DNA of 62,228 nucleotides, filler included, from Catajapyx aquilonaris (taxonomy: Eukaryota), in NCBI GenBank assembly GCA_000934665.2. It is 3 parts of 3 records of this genome, joined end to end, with 100 filler letters (N's around TTAATTAATTAA, not from the genome) between each part and the next. Parts side by side here need not be neighbours in the genome. Positions count along the whole stretch, not along the records: positions 20,787 to 41,456 come from JYFJ02006215.1; positions 41,557 to 62,228 come from JYFJ02006216.1; 1 more part is not named here. One strand, given 5' to 3'. The notes beneath the pieces are model-generated. The model did not search any database. It saw nothing but the letters and a program-made list of their open reading frames with translations, and had not been told where the DNA came from. A program made the translations under genes and the position numbers. Positions 40,806-52,149 of this stretch are shown piece by piece (the first letter of the stretch is position 1; every line of letters starts with the position of its first letter).

Positions 40806-41456
40806 ATGGAGCCCCCGCCTGCAAAGAGAACTCCAGCACAAGGATACCAGAGGCGATCAATTTTAACCACTGCAAGCACCAGTGATGAGTATTCAAACAG
40901 TATGTATTTGCATTAGTGCTTGTAATATAATAACTTACAACAATTTGGATACTCAGATGTATTTAGAACCCCTATTGCCAACCGGTCCATCAATGAGAGT
41001 AGCTGCAGCAGTAGGATTTACACTTCCACTGATAAAGAGCAAATGCGGAAGCAGTTCCAGAGGCATGTATTAACTCAAATGTGTGAGTATGTGGAGTTGT
41101 CTTAGTGTCGTGTGTTTTCTAGGAACCTGATGAGTGGTCGGACCATAACCAGTTCTGATGTTCATCGTGCAACACCAACAGATGACATTTTTAAGACAGA
41201 GACGTGAGATGATTTTGGTTTTTTTGCTTTAACATTGGTAAAGTTAAATTGGAAAGACTTTTCCAAATGTCATATAATCAAGCAAAAATTATAGGATCTA
41301 GTGCTTCCCATTGAAAAAAAGTATGATGTAGTAATGAATAATTTCAGTACCTGTAATGTATACTCCACATTAACAAATGGAGTAGCTAACCCCTGAAAGT
41401 CTTCTTGTGAATGTTTTGCAGGAGCTTCGTGACTGGGAGCACCACAGCCAATTCAA
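40806..41456 (+). CDS. Possible 5' exons of an unidentified gene, cut by the contig join
   Basis: A YY1-like AATATGGCGGC lies at about 40674. A tentative spliced frame reads MEPPPAKRTPAQGYQRRSILTTASTSDEYSN-NVFRTPIANRS...KEQMRKQFQRHVLTQM; later junctions are ambiguous. Confidence 0.35.
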
Positions 41457-41556
41457 NNNNNNNNNNNNNNNNNNNNNNNNNNNNNNNNNNNNNNNNNNNN
41501 TTAATTAATTAANNNNNNNNNNNNNNNNNNNNNNNNNNNNNNNNNNNNNNNNNNNN
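41457..41556. other. Artificial contig-join spacer
   Basis: 44 N + TTAATTAATTAA + 44 N. Confidence 0.95.
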
Positions 41557-42498
41557 GGAGATTAGCTCCATTTTCATCAACCCACCTCCTACATGCCGCT
41601 TTCCACTACTCAGCAGACATGGACTATAATTCTTCTGTCGGTGTTGTTGCAATTGGATCTATGTCAGAGGGATGCCACCATTGCCAGGCAAAGAAGTGGA
41701 AGGGTGAAACAAAAACGATATGTTGCTCCATTGGAAAGGTTAGCCTTCCTCTACTGGCTGAGCCTCCACAGCTACTTAAAATGCTCCTCTCAGGTACATT
41801 GTCTGATTCAAAACATTTCCTGAAGACCATCGGAAATTACAATTCGGCCTTCCAGATGACATCTTTTGGGGCCATCGTTGTTAGAGAAGGGGGCTTCATG
41901 CCTACATTCAAAGTGCAAGGGCAAATTTACCATCGCATGGGATCACTCCTTCCTTCAGAAAATGAGATTCCACGGTTTCTGCAACTTTACTTCGTGGGGA
42001 ACATGCAACAGCAGGCGGAATACCGTTGCACCTACTTAAACGGCACACGCCTCGACATCATACTGCAACTTCAGGAGATGATCCATTCCACCCACACGTT
42101 TACGTCAAAAGCTTCAAGCTTGCACTTGAGAGTCCTCCTCCTCTCGAATTTGACTTGGTCATAGATATACAGACAAGCGACCACAAGGCGAGCATCGGGG
42201 TCGATTCAATCAACCTTCTTGCAATGAGATTGCTGTCATCATGAGTGGTCAGGAGCATGGTAATAAGAGGGATATTGTGTTGAAGCTTCGAGACAACACG
42301 CTTCATCTATGCAATTATGAACGTAATTGGCGACATCCGCAGTGTGTTGTTTGGACTTCATGCACATGCAATATGCTCCTTGTCACTGGTATGCCAACAT
42401 TGTATAGCCATAATTATTGCAAAGGTTACTACCAAATCAATGAGTCACTCCTATGGAAAAGTATTCCATAACCCGAGCAACGCCGGGTATCCTGCTAG
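41557..42498 (+). mobile_element. Internally deleted Helitron: RepHel N-terminal fragment joined to an intact 3' end, probably within an INTS15 intron
   Basis: ORF 41619-42164 has IGSM..GCHHCQAKKWKGE..ICCSIGKVSLP...NYNSAFQMTSFG...PTFKVQGQIYHRMGSLLP...FLQLYF, typical of the Helitron RepHel N-terminus, and is frameshifted afterwards. A hairpin CCCGAGCAACGCCGGG precedes CTAG|T at 42495-42498. Confidence 0.92.
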
Positions 42499-42597
42499 TA
42501 TAATATGAAAGTGATACAAAATACATGAAATAATATGATTAATTTAAACAATAAGAATGATACACATAATGTCTGACTAAGTAAATTGGAATTACAG

Positions 42598-43829
42598 TCT
42601 TCAAGCGAGATTCATCAGCTGCAGTTGTGCGAGGCGATTCGTGAGCACTTCTTCTTCATGAGTCAGGAGCCGCAACAGAGGGCGCTGTTTCTCACCATTT
42701 TCCCACCGACGTACTTCAATGCGAGCGACACTGCGATGCAAGTCATGGGTAAGGTCGTGTCCCTTGCGATTGGGACCGCGTCGTACGGGATATTGGATTG
42801 CGCGGCAGATTGGATTCAGGTATGATCCGGGTTGGGTGTACCGGCGTGATAATTGCAAATTGCACGTTTCAGATGGAAGGCAGCTCGACTGAAAACTGCA
42901 AGAAGTTGGCTCGGACGTTAGTGGCCAACTTCATCGTGCTGAGTCCGAGATCGATGCACTTCCTGCGCAATTTGCATGCAAAGTCGCCCCGGTTTTGTTG
43001 CTGCTTTTTTACAATCGTTGCTGAGTACTACAGCAGCCCAGGTAAGCTCTGCAGGCAAGTACGCTTTGTCAGATTAACAACTCTTGGCCCTTTTCAGACA
43101 AGGATGATCGACTTATCGCTCCACCAGAAGAGTTGATGGAGATCATGGCGAAAAGTTTGGATGCCAGTCCGCAGATGGTACTTGCAGCCATTGATGGCGG
43201 TTCAATGTTGCCGGTTCCGAACCATCCGGCTCAGCCTCTGTCGCCATTGGTCGTTACGGCAAGGTGAACAAGCCGCTTACTCTTACTGTATAGAAATGAT
43301 GAATTATTACGGACACAAGTTAGAACATGCTATGTGTCTGACGTTACATTGTTGTACTTACAGAATGGTTGTGCAAGCTCCGTTAGCCAACCCTGCATTG
43401 CTTTCCTCGAGCGCTTGTGCGCATCTCCATCTCGCTATTCTTCAGACTGTGAACCAGATTTATTCACAAAGCAAGCCGGGCATGGAAACCGTCCAGACGA
43501 TGCACATGCAGCAGCTGGTGGAACTAGTCAACGCGGTTACCAGAAGGCTTCCGCATGACGGTGAAAGTCAAGTGCAGGACATGTGTCTGGATCGTCTGGC
43601 CCAAGTGGTACTTGCATTCACCTCAAGCGATGTGTCGTACAGTTCACTAGGTAAATACTTTGTGTGATTTTGCTTCAACTAGCTGCTGACGAGTCTTGTT
43701 ATTTTTTCAGTTGACCTGGCAAATGCGATGCAGAAGTTGCCTGCCACACGGCTTTTAAATATGATACGAGAGAAGAGTTTCCAAGCAGTGAACATGACAT
43801 GTGAATACAGTAATTATCCTAAAGAATAA
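42598..43829 (+). CDS. INTS15: Integrator subunit 15 (C7orf26 family), 5'-partial; exons 42598-42819, 42873-43041, 43098-43263, 43364-43650, 43711-43829
   Basis: In-phase spliced product with HQLQLCEAI...MGKVVSLAIG...ILDCAADWIQ...KLARTLV...KSPRFCCCF...LHLAILQ...LDRLAQVV...KLPATRLL, matching recalled C7orf26 motifs (LGKLVSMA, LECAASWLQ, SPRFCCQF, LDRLAQ). Confidence 0.88.
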
Positions 43830-44332
43830 ATAGCAAGGGATTGCAATGGCTAATGCGGGTAGCACCCTTCCGATGAGATGGACTTTCAATTGAGGGCTAC
43901 ACGAGGTCATACTCCGGTTGATTCAGGTAATGACCTTGGGAACACGGAGGCGGTAATCGCAATAATAATTACTGGAACAACACTTCTCAAAAAATAACGG
44001 CTCAATACTGGGACGGAATATTTTATTACACACGTCAGCACCTACATATGACAGAATCAATACTCACAGCCAACATTTTGATCAGGTACAATGCGTATTC
44101 ACTTTCTCCTGAATAAGTACAAAATGCGGGGAAAAAACAAACGTGTGAGAAAGAAAACGCACAAAAAATAAGGTGAGGATTCCGAATTTGCATAATTATT
44201 TGATGCACACTTGCTTCTGGGGAAGTTCTGCATAAGCATCGAGATCAACAAAGACTCTTACGAAACACAACTAGAGGAACCTTTTTCATGCATTACATAT
44301 GAATGCACGATGCTTATGGAACGGTTAACAGC

Positions 44333-45635
44333 TTATGGAGGTGTACGGTAGAACGGTCCCTGCGGCCCTGGTGAAGCTGTGAATGGGAAGTTTGGAGGTA
44401 TGATCTGCGGCGGGTAGAATGGCGCAGATGGTGCCATCATGGTGGGAAAGCCCATGTGGAAAGGACCTGGGTGGGGCAAGCCTGCAGGAGGCATAAGAGG
44501 AGGAGAGTTGGGTCCACGCAGCCTCGGTGCAGCAGCATAAGGAGGAGGGTAGGGATAAGCTGGAGTTGGGAACCTCTCTGGGTTGTACGAAGCAGCCGCA
44601 GGAGCAAACGATGTAGGATTAGTCGGAATGCGGTCCATCTTCTGATCCAGGGTGAGTTGCAGCACGTTCTCCGGACTCTTCTTCACAGGCGACTTCTTTC
44701 CCGGAGACCTGGATGCCCGTTTCTGATCTGGGCTGTTGGCTGGACCTGGCTGCATGGACTGGAGCATCTCTAGTTTGGTAACCCCAACAGGGTGGGAGTA
44801 GACGTCCAGGACCTGGTGGCATATGTCTGCAACCAAATAACATGCTTTAGCTTAAGCGGACACTACCCCCGTTGCTCTTACCTTCGAGTATGTCCAAGGT
44901 GATGCCATCCGCGTACATGTCCCACCACCGCAGATGACTGGGCTCCCTTCCGACCCAGTCGACCACCTCGAACTTGAGCAGCTTCCCCGCCAGGTACATG
45001 AGAGCGATGGCGATGATCTCCGGCTCCCACTGGAGGCAGAGGGTGGTGCAGAGGCTGTCGTTGGCGAAGGTCCAGGTCATCTGCACCAGCTTCTGCAGCT
45101 TGTTCCTGTCTCCCCTGAGGCTCTTGGCGTAGGTGAGGAGGAAAGTGTAGGGATGCTCCACCTGCAGGTCGAACTTGATGGTGTGCAGGAGGATCCTCTC
45201 CAGGGTCATGATCTCCTCCTGCAGCCTTGCGTCTGTGGCGTCCACCCCAAACGCAGCCATGCCCCGCTCCGAATCGATGGCTCTTGCCGCCTTGATCACG
45301 TCCTTGCACCGCTTTGGCGTCTCCTCCACTTTGCCGGCTAGGAACAAGGCGGCACAAGCCGTGGCCTGTTGCTGCGGCATGAGTAGTATGAGTCAGACTC
45401 CCAAGGTACTCACGTGTGGTGGGAACTCCTTGAAGGAGTGGAAGAGGTAGAAGCGGTGGAAGAAGACGACCCCGGAGGCCATTGAGTCGCAGGTGAGCCC
45501 CATCCTGGAGCCAATGTCGATGATGAACCTGGCCCCTTCCTTCCTCTGCAGGCGCTCCACCTCCTGAGGAACCCCATCCTTGGCGCTCGGGCTACTCTCC
45601 AGAAGCTCACTCTTGTCGTAATACCACTGCGGCAT
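44333..45635 (-). CDS. CCNK: Cyclin K, 399 aa; exons 45635-45414, 45365-44882, 44826-44333
   Basis: MPQWYYDK...RKEGARFI...[17 protein letters not shown]...[19 protein letters not shown]...[12 protein letters not shown]...[20 protein letters not shown]...[10 protein letters not shown], followed by a Pro-rich tail. Introns are 48 and 55 nt. Confidence 0.96.
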
Positions 45636-45810
45636 ATCAATGCTGGAACAACATGCAGGGCTAATTCCACCCACTAATTAAGGTTGGTTGATTAGGAGGT
45701 GGGAGGGCAGGTGGTGCCTGACCCAGGATGGAACCAGGCCTGATGAAGCCGGTTCCAGGATAGAACTTGCTGAATCCTCAAGTTGTAACAACGCACGTGG
45801 TGACTTCAGC

Positions 45811-45980
45811 TGGTCTGAATCCGATAAATCGATACAGAAAACATCGATATTTCCAGCTGGATATCGATGCCAACTGGGCATTAAAATCGGAACAACAAAT
45901 TTGCTATCAATTATTTAGTAATTAGTAATAATCAATGATGTCGAATAATGACAACTAGTAATTTAATTAATTTAATATTT
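45811..45980. promoter_or_regulatory. ATCGAT (DRE-like)-rich cassette in the CCNK / F-box divergent promoter
   Basis: AATCGATA, CATCGATAT and ATATCGATG (the last two inverted), followed by TAATTAG-type repeats; homologous to 48559-48820. Confidence 0.55.
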
Positions 45981-47191
45981 ACCAGCATGTTTCATCACAG
46001 CGATAGGAACGCAGCGTTCCTTCAATATGAGCAGAGGTATGGAACGCACCTTTTTTTGTGTTCCAAAATGGCGTGTGATTTTCTGTTGGATTAATCTTGT
46101 TGGTTTTGGCCCCTAGTTCCTGCCTCGAGTCGTGTTGGTGGCTTTTTAAAGGCTATATCGCCCAATAAAACTCTGTTAGTTGGCTGACTTCAAGAGGTCA
46201 TAACTTGTGACATTGTAGTGCTCTGCTGAAACAGTTTGCATTTTGGTGAATAACATACATTCCAAGTTTCATTTAGCAACTCTGTTTACAAGGCATGACC
46301 TGAGCATGACCTTTCCTTGTCAGTATGAAAAAGCATGGAAGGTCCTACATGGGAAAATTTGATTAGCATGGGCTGGTTTAGTCCGAAGGTGTTTTCAAGA
46401 GGAGAAGCTCAGCAACTTGACTAAGTGAGGGAAGCTGATGAAATGGACAGGAGAACAAGGTTCGCTAATGAGGGCAAGGGAGACCCTTGTTATGACTACC
46501 ATTTAGCTTATTTCACAAATTGGGATGGAAAATAAGTTCTGAATAAAGCCCTTGAGCGCCACGGGATTAATCTTGTCACTCGCTGTTAATCTGACAAAAG
46601 GACGAATTCAACATTTTTGCTCAAATTGGATTATGGCCTCTGCCAGCACCATCAGTGTTGGGTCACAATATGACAAACCAGCAGCGAACCCATGGGACAA
46701 GTGGCGTCAGTTATAACGGAAAATAAAAAGGCCATCCGATATATTTGTATGGCAGTTTGCAGCTTTCCTTTGGCTATCCTGTGAAAATCCTGAAAATGTT
46801 GAATCCGTTTGTCAGATCAACGACGAACTGTTACATGTGGCCAAGCTCCTAATTATTATCCTTCAATAGTAAGTTAGACATCGTTAGTTTTTTTTCTCTG
46901 CTGGGCATTCTTGATGACCACTATTGAAATGGAATGTGCTCTTGATAAGCAGTACTCTTTATACTACGTCAAGTATGCTATTGTGCTTTTGTGCACCTTT
47001 ATCTTCACTGCTCTCTGTCTCACAAATTCATGTGACACGTCCTAGAAAACGTTGCAGTTAGTCACGGCAGCAGTGTCTCATTGCAACATATTATGTTACA
47101 GGTGTCAGACTGCCGCAGAGAAATAGTGATTGTTTGGCCACAGCAGCAGGAGAAGTGAGGATTGATCGGGCTTCGTCAGGGGCGGAGAAGG

Positions 47192-48490
47192 ATGGCAGAA
47201 AACCAAACGGTGAACAAGTGTACAAGTCGTAGACAACCAGTTTATGCCATTGCTTATTGGTACAATGAAAAACACCGAAACAGTATCGGCAATTTTTCAT
47301 TTCAGGATCCACCCATGACCTTTTCTGACTTGCCACCTGAGATCAAGCGGAAAGTTTTCTCATACTTGATGCCAGAAGATATCCTGGAGGCAGCTTTGGT
47401 ATGCAAGGAATGGCAGAAGCTGGCCTTTGATGTCACAGATTGGGAGACCGTGAAGTGGGATAGACAGAAAGTGCCTTTGACAAGAGCGTTGGAGGGGATT
47501 AGTTTGGTGGGGCGGCACGTGAAGAAAGTCAGCCTGATCCACTGGCGTGAAATGGCTTCGGAAGCGCTGCTGAAGGCCATTGCTTGGTCTGCTCCTGAGC
47601 TGGACTCTCTGACTGTGCGCAACTGCAATATCTACTTGCATGATGTGAGACTGATTGTGAAAAGGTGGGTCAGGAAGGTGTTGCAAAGTCTTTAATTAAA
47701 GTCATGTCTGTCTTTGTGCAGATGCAAGTCATTGAAGGAGCTTTGCCTGGAGGACGTCACATTGTTGATGGCATCTTATCGGCTGACTATTTTAAGCCCC
47801 GGCTCACAGCTGCAGAAGTTTGTCATCAGAACAAATCATAACGTGTCACGCCTAGTTGAGATGGGCAAATTCAAATATTGCCATCAACTAACTGAAGCAG
47901 AAATTTCTATGGAAAGTAGTGACAAGTTACTGGCTGAGCTGATAGGCAGTGATGAGATACGGCACGAAAGGGATCAGAAATGGCTGCGGAGGTTGACCGT
48001 TGGTAGGCTGACGAAATCTGGCTCCTTCCGTCATATTAAATTATTCTCCCAGCTGGTCTACCTCGCATTCACCTGGAGTAGGTCCTTGACAGAAGGTGAA
48101 GTACTGGACGTGATTCGAAGTTTGCGAAACCTGCGCCATCTCAAAGTGGACTGCATTCTGGGGGAAGAGATTTGTTACGGGTTACTCTTTGTACCGCAGT
48201 TTTGTGGGCACCTGGAAAAACTGGAGATTTCCTCATGCTCATACCTGAATTACAATTCCCTTGAAGCTGTAGCTTCTGCATGCCACCAGCTGAGAGAGCT
48301 GACCTTGCACAGCTGCAGGCAAGTCACAACTAATGGCATCCTCTCGTTTGCGGCTCAGTTCCCCCGTGTCAAGTCACTCGTCATTAGAAATTGCTGCAAT
48401 GTCAAGCTCACGCCCACTCAGATTACTGATATTGAAATCAGCCGTGGAGTTCTCGTAGACACGGATCATGTGCATGGAAACATTGAATAG
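47192..48490 (+). CDS. F-box/leucine-rich-repeat protein, about 381 aa; exons 47192-47209, 47306-47664, 47722-48490
   Basis: F-box FSDLPPEIKRKVFSYLMPEDILEAALVCKEW, then LRRs such as CGHLEKLEISSCSYL and CHQLRELTLHSCRQVT. Splicing is in phase; the start exon is tentative. Confidence 0.92.
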
Positions 48491-48558
48491 TTCTGTTGAA
48501 ATATTAAATATTGAAATATATAATTAATTGAAGGAATTCATTTTTTTTTTGCAGCAAA

Positions 48559-48820
48559 TGGTCTGAACTGCTGAATCCGATACGATACCGTATAATAAAC
48601 ATCGATATTCCGTTGCGGATATCGATGCACGTTTGCATATCGATATTGGATCCAAATTCGGGGGGGCTTAATTAGTATTAATTGGTAATTAGTAATTAGT
48701 AATTAGTAATTAATAAATTAGTATTAATTGGTAATTAGTAATTAGTAATTAATAAATTAGTATTAATTGGTAATTAGTAATTAGTAATTAATAAATTAGT
48801 ATTAATTGGTAATTAGTAAT
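48559..48820. repeat. Second DRE-like cassette plus a TAATTAG tandem array with a higher-order unit of about 39 bp
   Basis: TGGTCTGAA...CTGAATCCGATA...AAACATCGATATT...GGATATCGATGC, a perfect TATCGATA at 48638-48645, and an array at about 48668-48820. Confidence 0.8.
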
Positions 48821-48854
48821 GTGAAATAATGAGCGCACTGGTTGTGGTGGAACA

Positions 48855-49060
48855 ATTGGCCGCCATGTTGGGTCCCTCCTTCTATCAGTAGGAGGCGGCC
48901 ATGTTGTGTCTGTGACGTCACCCCCACCCGGATGTAGCCCCCCACTGCGCATGCGCATCCGCTCTCCTCTTCCTCCCTCTTCTTTTTTTCCATGGCGTCT
49001 GTTCCATTTCTGATTCATTCTCCTCAAAATCGATGGCCATCGGGCATCGTACAGGTCAGT
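48855..49060 (+). promoter_or_regulatory. Housekeeping-type promoter and probable first exon of an unidentified gene
   Basis: YY1-like GCCGCCATGTT (48859) and GCGGCCATGTT (48895), TGACGTCA (48913), TGCGCATGCGCA (48946), then CCATGGCG and a donor CAG|GTCAGT at 49054/49055. Confidence 0.45.
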
Positions 49061-52000
49061 TGGGGGCATTTGCAGCCCGGGGATGGATCGGGGATGGACC
49101 GGGGATGCTGGGGAGAGTCGAAGCTGGGAGCGGGGAAGGAACAGTCGGGGACAGTGCAGGGGGAAGAGAGTGCGGCATAAAAAAAGAAACGTTCGAATCA
49201 TTACATGAGCAGTACTTCATGTACGTAAGTTCTCACTTTTTGAGGTGTGTGCGACTTATTGGTAAGTTGTGCTGTTGCAATAATTAGTTATTTCCGCGGC
49301 TTGTTGCGCGGTCCAGAACCCTGCCACTACACTTGGTGAGATAGCCTTGCCCTCTGCAATGTTACGCTACGTGCAGAGTGAGCAGCAAAAATGACAGTCT
49401 GTCCACCAATAAGCTGCAGCTACTATAATTTATGCAGATTTGCAATTAGCTGGGACGAATAATAATTGTTGTTTTAGGCACTCAGCCATAAAGCGTTGTA
49501 TTGTTTGCCTGTCACCATATATGTAATGTTTAATGGCGTTTAAGTACACTAACTGCTGATAAATCGCATCATTTTGATGTGAATGGAGGGATCATTTCAA
49601 TTGTACAATTTATTCCATGTTTACACATGGAATCTGCTAGCTGGTTGGGCGGATTTTGGTGGTTATGACAATCAGTGCATTACTTTAGTAGTTTGTATAC
49701 TTGGCAGGCATTATCTAGCAATGTACAAGTAGAAGCAAGCATGTAATGTATAATATGTAATAAACGCACACGAAGTGGCTATTAGTGACGCAATGAGGGG
49801 TCGAGGCTTGGAAGCTTCATGTGTCTCCAATAAAAATGTGGTCACAGAGTGTCTCCTGCTGTCGCCTTTGGTGTGCTTCAAAAAATTGGTTGTCCAACTC
49901 AGAATTTCGGCGTTGTGTCTCTCTCTTCTCATTCCTAGCTATGCTGCCTTGTATTTGTTCTCCAGCGGATGTATCTTCATGTACTGGCAAGGTCACCCAA
50001 CAAGGTCAGGTCTTTTTGGGGTCACATGAGTCAGACAAAGAGGGATGCCCCAGTCTCTCCTCTCCTCTCTTGTCTCATCGGTTTTTGTCACCATCTGTCC
50101 CATCTCGGTGTATCTTCTTATAGCTGTAGATAAGTAAGATAACACATCCTGAGGTACTTTATTGGTTCCTTCCTATTCGATAAAACTCATTGTACATGGA
50201 AAATGTAAAGCACACGCTGAAAAGGACATGTCGCTATTGAGAAACTTACTTCTGTACTTCCTTATACTGCTTATACTGATATATTCTGTACATTGGGTGG
50301 CCTTTAAAAATTTATTGTCATTGGCTGCCTTTCTGATGGTTAATCACATGTTTATAAAGTGTACACTGATGGAGTAACAAAGTGTTAACGCCCTTTGTGG
50401 TACACAGGAGAGCCGAAGCTATTATTAAGCTTACTTTAGGCCAGAATCTGCAATTCAGGGGGACGCTAGAAATATAAGTTACTGCAAAACTCCGGTAAAA
50501 GGTTTCTGATAAATGAAAACTATTGCATTTTGTGCTGTTATCGTCAAACCAGTTTAATTTGTACTAGGCATACAACTTTGTTATTGATTAATTTGTCTCA
50601 CCTGTTGTCGTAAAAGATGCACTTCCTCCAGAAACAAGAGTCAGAAGTTTTAAATGCACTTATTAAGAAATTTTCTCGTGTGACGCAAAATTGGGGTTTG
50701 TCTGAATCCTCCTCCTGTATCATCGTGCACTTCTTCCAGTGTGTCGATGAAATAAGTTCTTGGATCCAAAGGACGTCTCGTCGCGTCCCCCTACATTGTG
50801 TGGGTAATAAGCTGATGGAGTGTCTCGCTGCTAACATAATCCACTATGGGTTTCTCTGGGCAAGGGAAAATCGTCGCTACTGTTGTGCTAATAAGCTACG
50901 ACCAAATCAGGCCTGGAGGCAGGCAATGATCGATGCCAGGCTTTTCCTCACTTCATTTAGTTCTCATTTTTGATCTCAATTGTTTTACCTTCATTATCGC
51001 TGCACAGGTAATTCTTTTGTTGATTTGGAGGTTAGACTCATTTTTTGGTGTATTTGTGGCGCTGATTCCAAAACTGGCGTCAGTTAATTATTAATTTGAA
51101 ACCTCTTACGTGCTTGTTACCTGCTGACCTGCACATGTTGACGTGTGTTGAAGTGCGTCAAGGTTGCGAGTTCTTCTTGTCTTTCTCAATATAAGCAGTA
51201 ATTTGGTGACGAAATTGTGCAAATGCCTGGTAATAATATGCCGATTGGGTGATGGTACAGTTCAGTGTGGAATCCTTCTGACACTCTCACGACAAAACAG
51301 TAATTGCATATGGCAATAATACTCAGTCACATTTCGTCCCGCCGCTGACTTGACTGGTACCTGTACAAGAACTGTACTCATAAGTACGTCTGTGACGCAA
51401 AATGGGCTCGGTCCCCTATGGTAATCTCCATGTTTTCATATACTCTACTGTTATTGGATAATCAGGAGAGCATTTAAAAAATTACAATTAGACTGGGGTA
51501 ATGATGAATGCGCGGCATAAATATTTCAGAAAGCTGCATTGCAGTCTTGCCCCTTCATGAGCCAGTCCATTATTGAGTTTCGCGGGTAAAAATGCAACCA
51601 ACCTGCTTAAACATAATCATAATGATTAATTATTATTAGTCGTAATCATCCATACAACTGAACGTCAAGTCCTCGTCTGGACTAACCTCGCATCTGGATG
51701 GCTATAGTCACACGCCAGCGAAATCAAAGTGAGGTAAAGGATGTGGCATCATTTTAAAGAGATAAAGCGTGAAGCTTTTTCTTAAAGGTTATTTGCTTGG
51801 CATTCCTAGACCAGTGGGCATGTGTCACAGGGCTTTAATACTTTTCGTTTGTATACTGTATAGATAATGGTTGCGAGTTCAGTACGCCTGAATTTGTGTT
51901 GATCGTCTTCTTTCATGTCACGTGTAGAAAAGTCATCCTTCGTCAGAGTATAAGCATGTAGTAGGCCACTTTCACGTACTCGCCACTGTTGTGCTAATTA

Positions 52001-52149
52001 TTATCACATTAATACTCGGTCAGTAATTTATGTATAGGTTAAGTTTTCACTTATCAGGATTGTATCTGGTTATGACATGAGGGCATAAGAAAAAACTGTA
52101 GATCTAATATGAAACGACAATCACGGTATACTTATTACCTATACTAAAA

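Noticed and set aside
37571..42498. Two outward-facing Helitron ends as inverted termini of one composite element capturing the genes between them
   Set aside because: They lie on different contigs separated by an artificial spacer, and both are 3' ends.
40806..42598. Exons at 40806-41456 as the missing 5' end of INTS15
   Set aside because: The peptide does not resemble the INTS15 N-terminus as I recall it, and the pieces are on opposite sides of the spacer.
44456..45450. Plus-strand ORFs antisense to cyclin K
   Set aside because: Shadows of a GC3-rich coding sequence.
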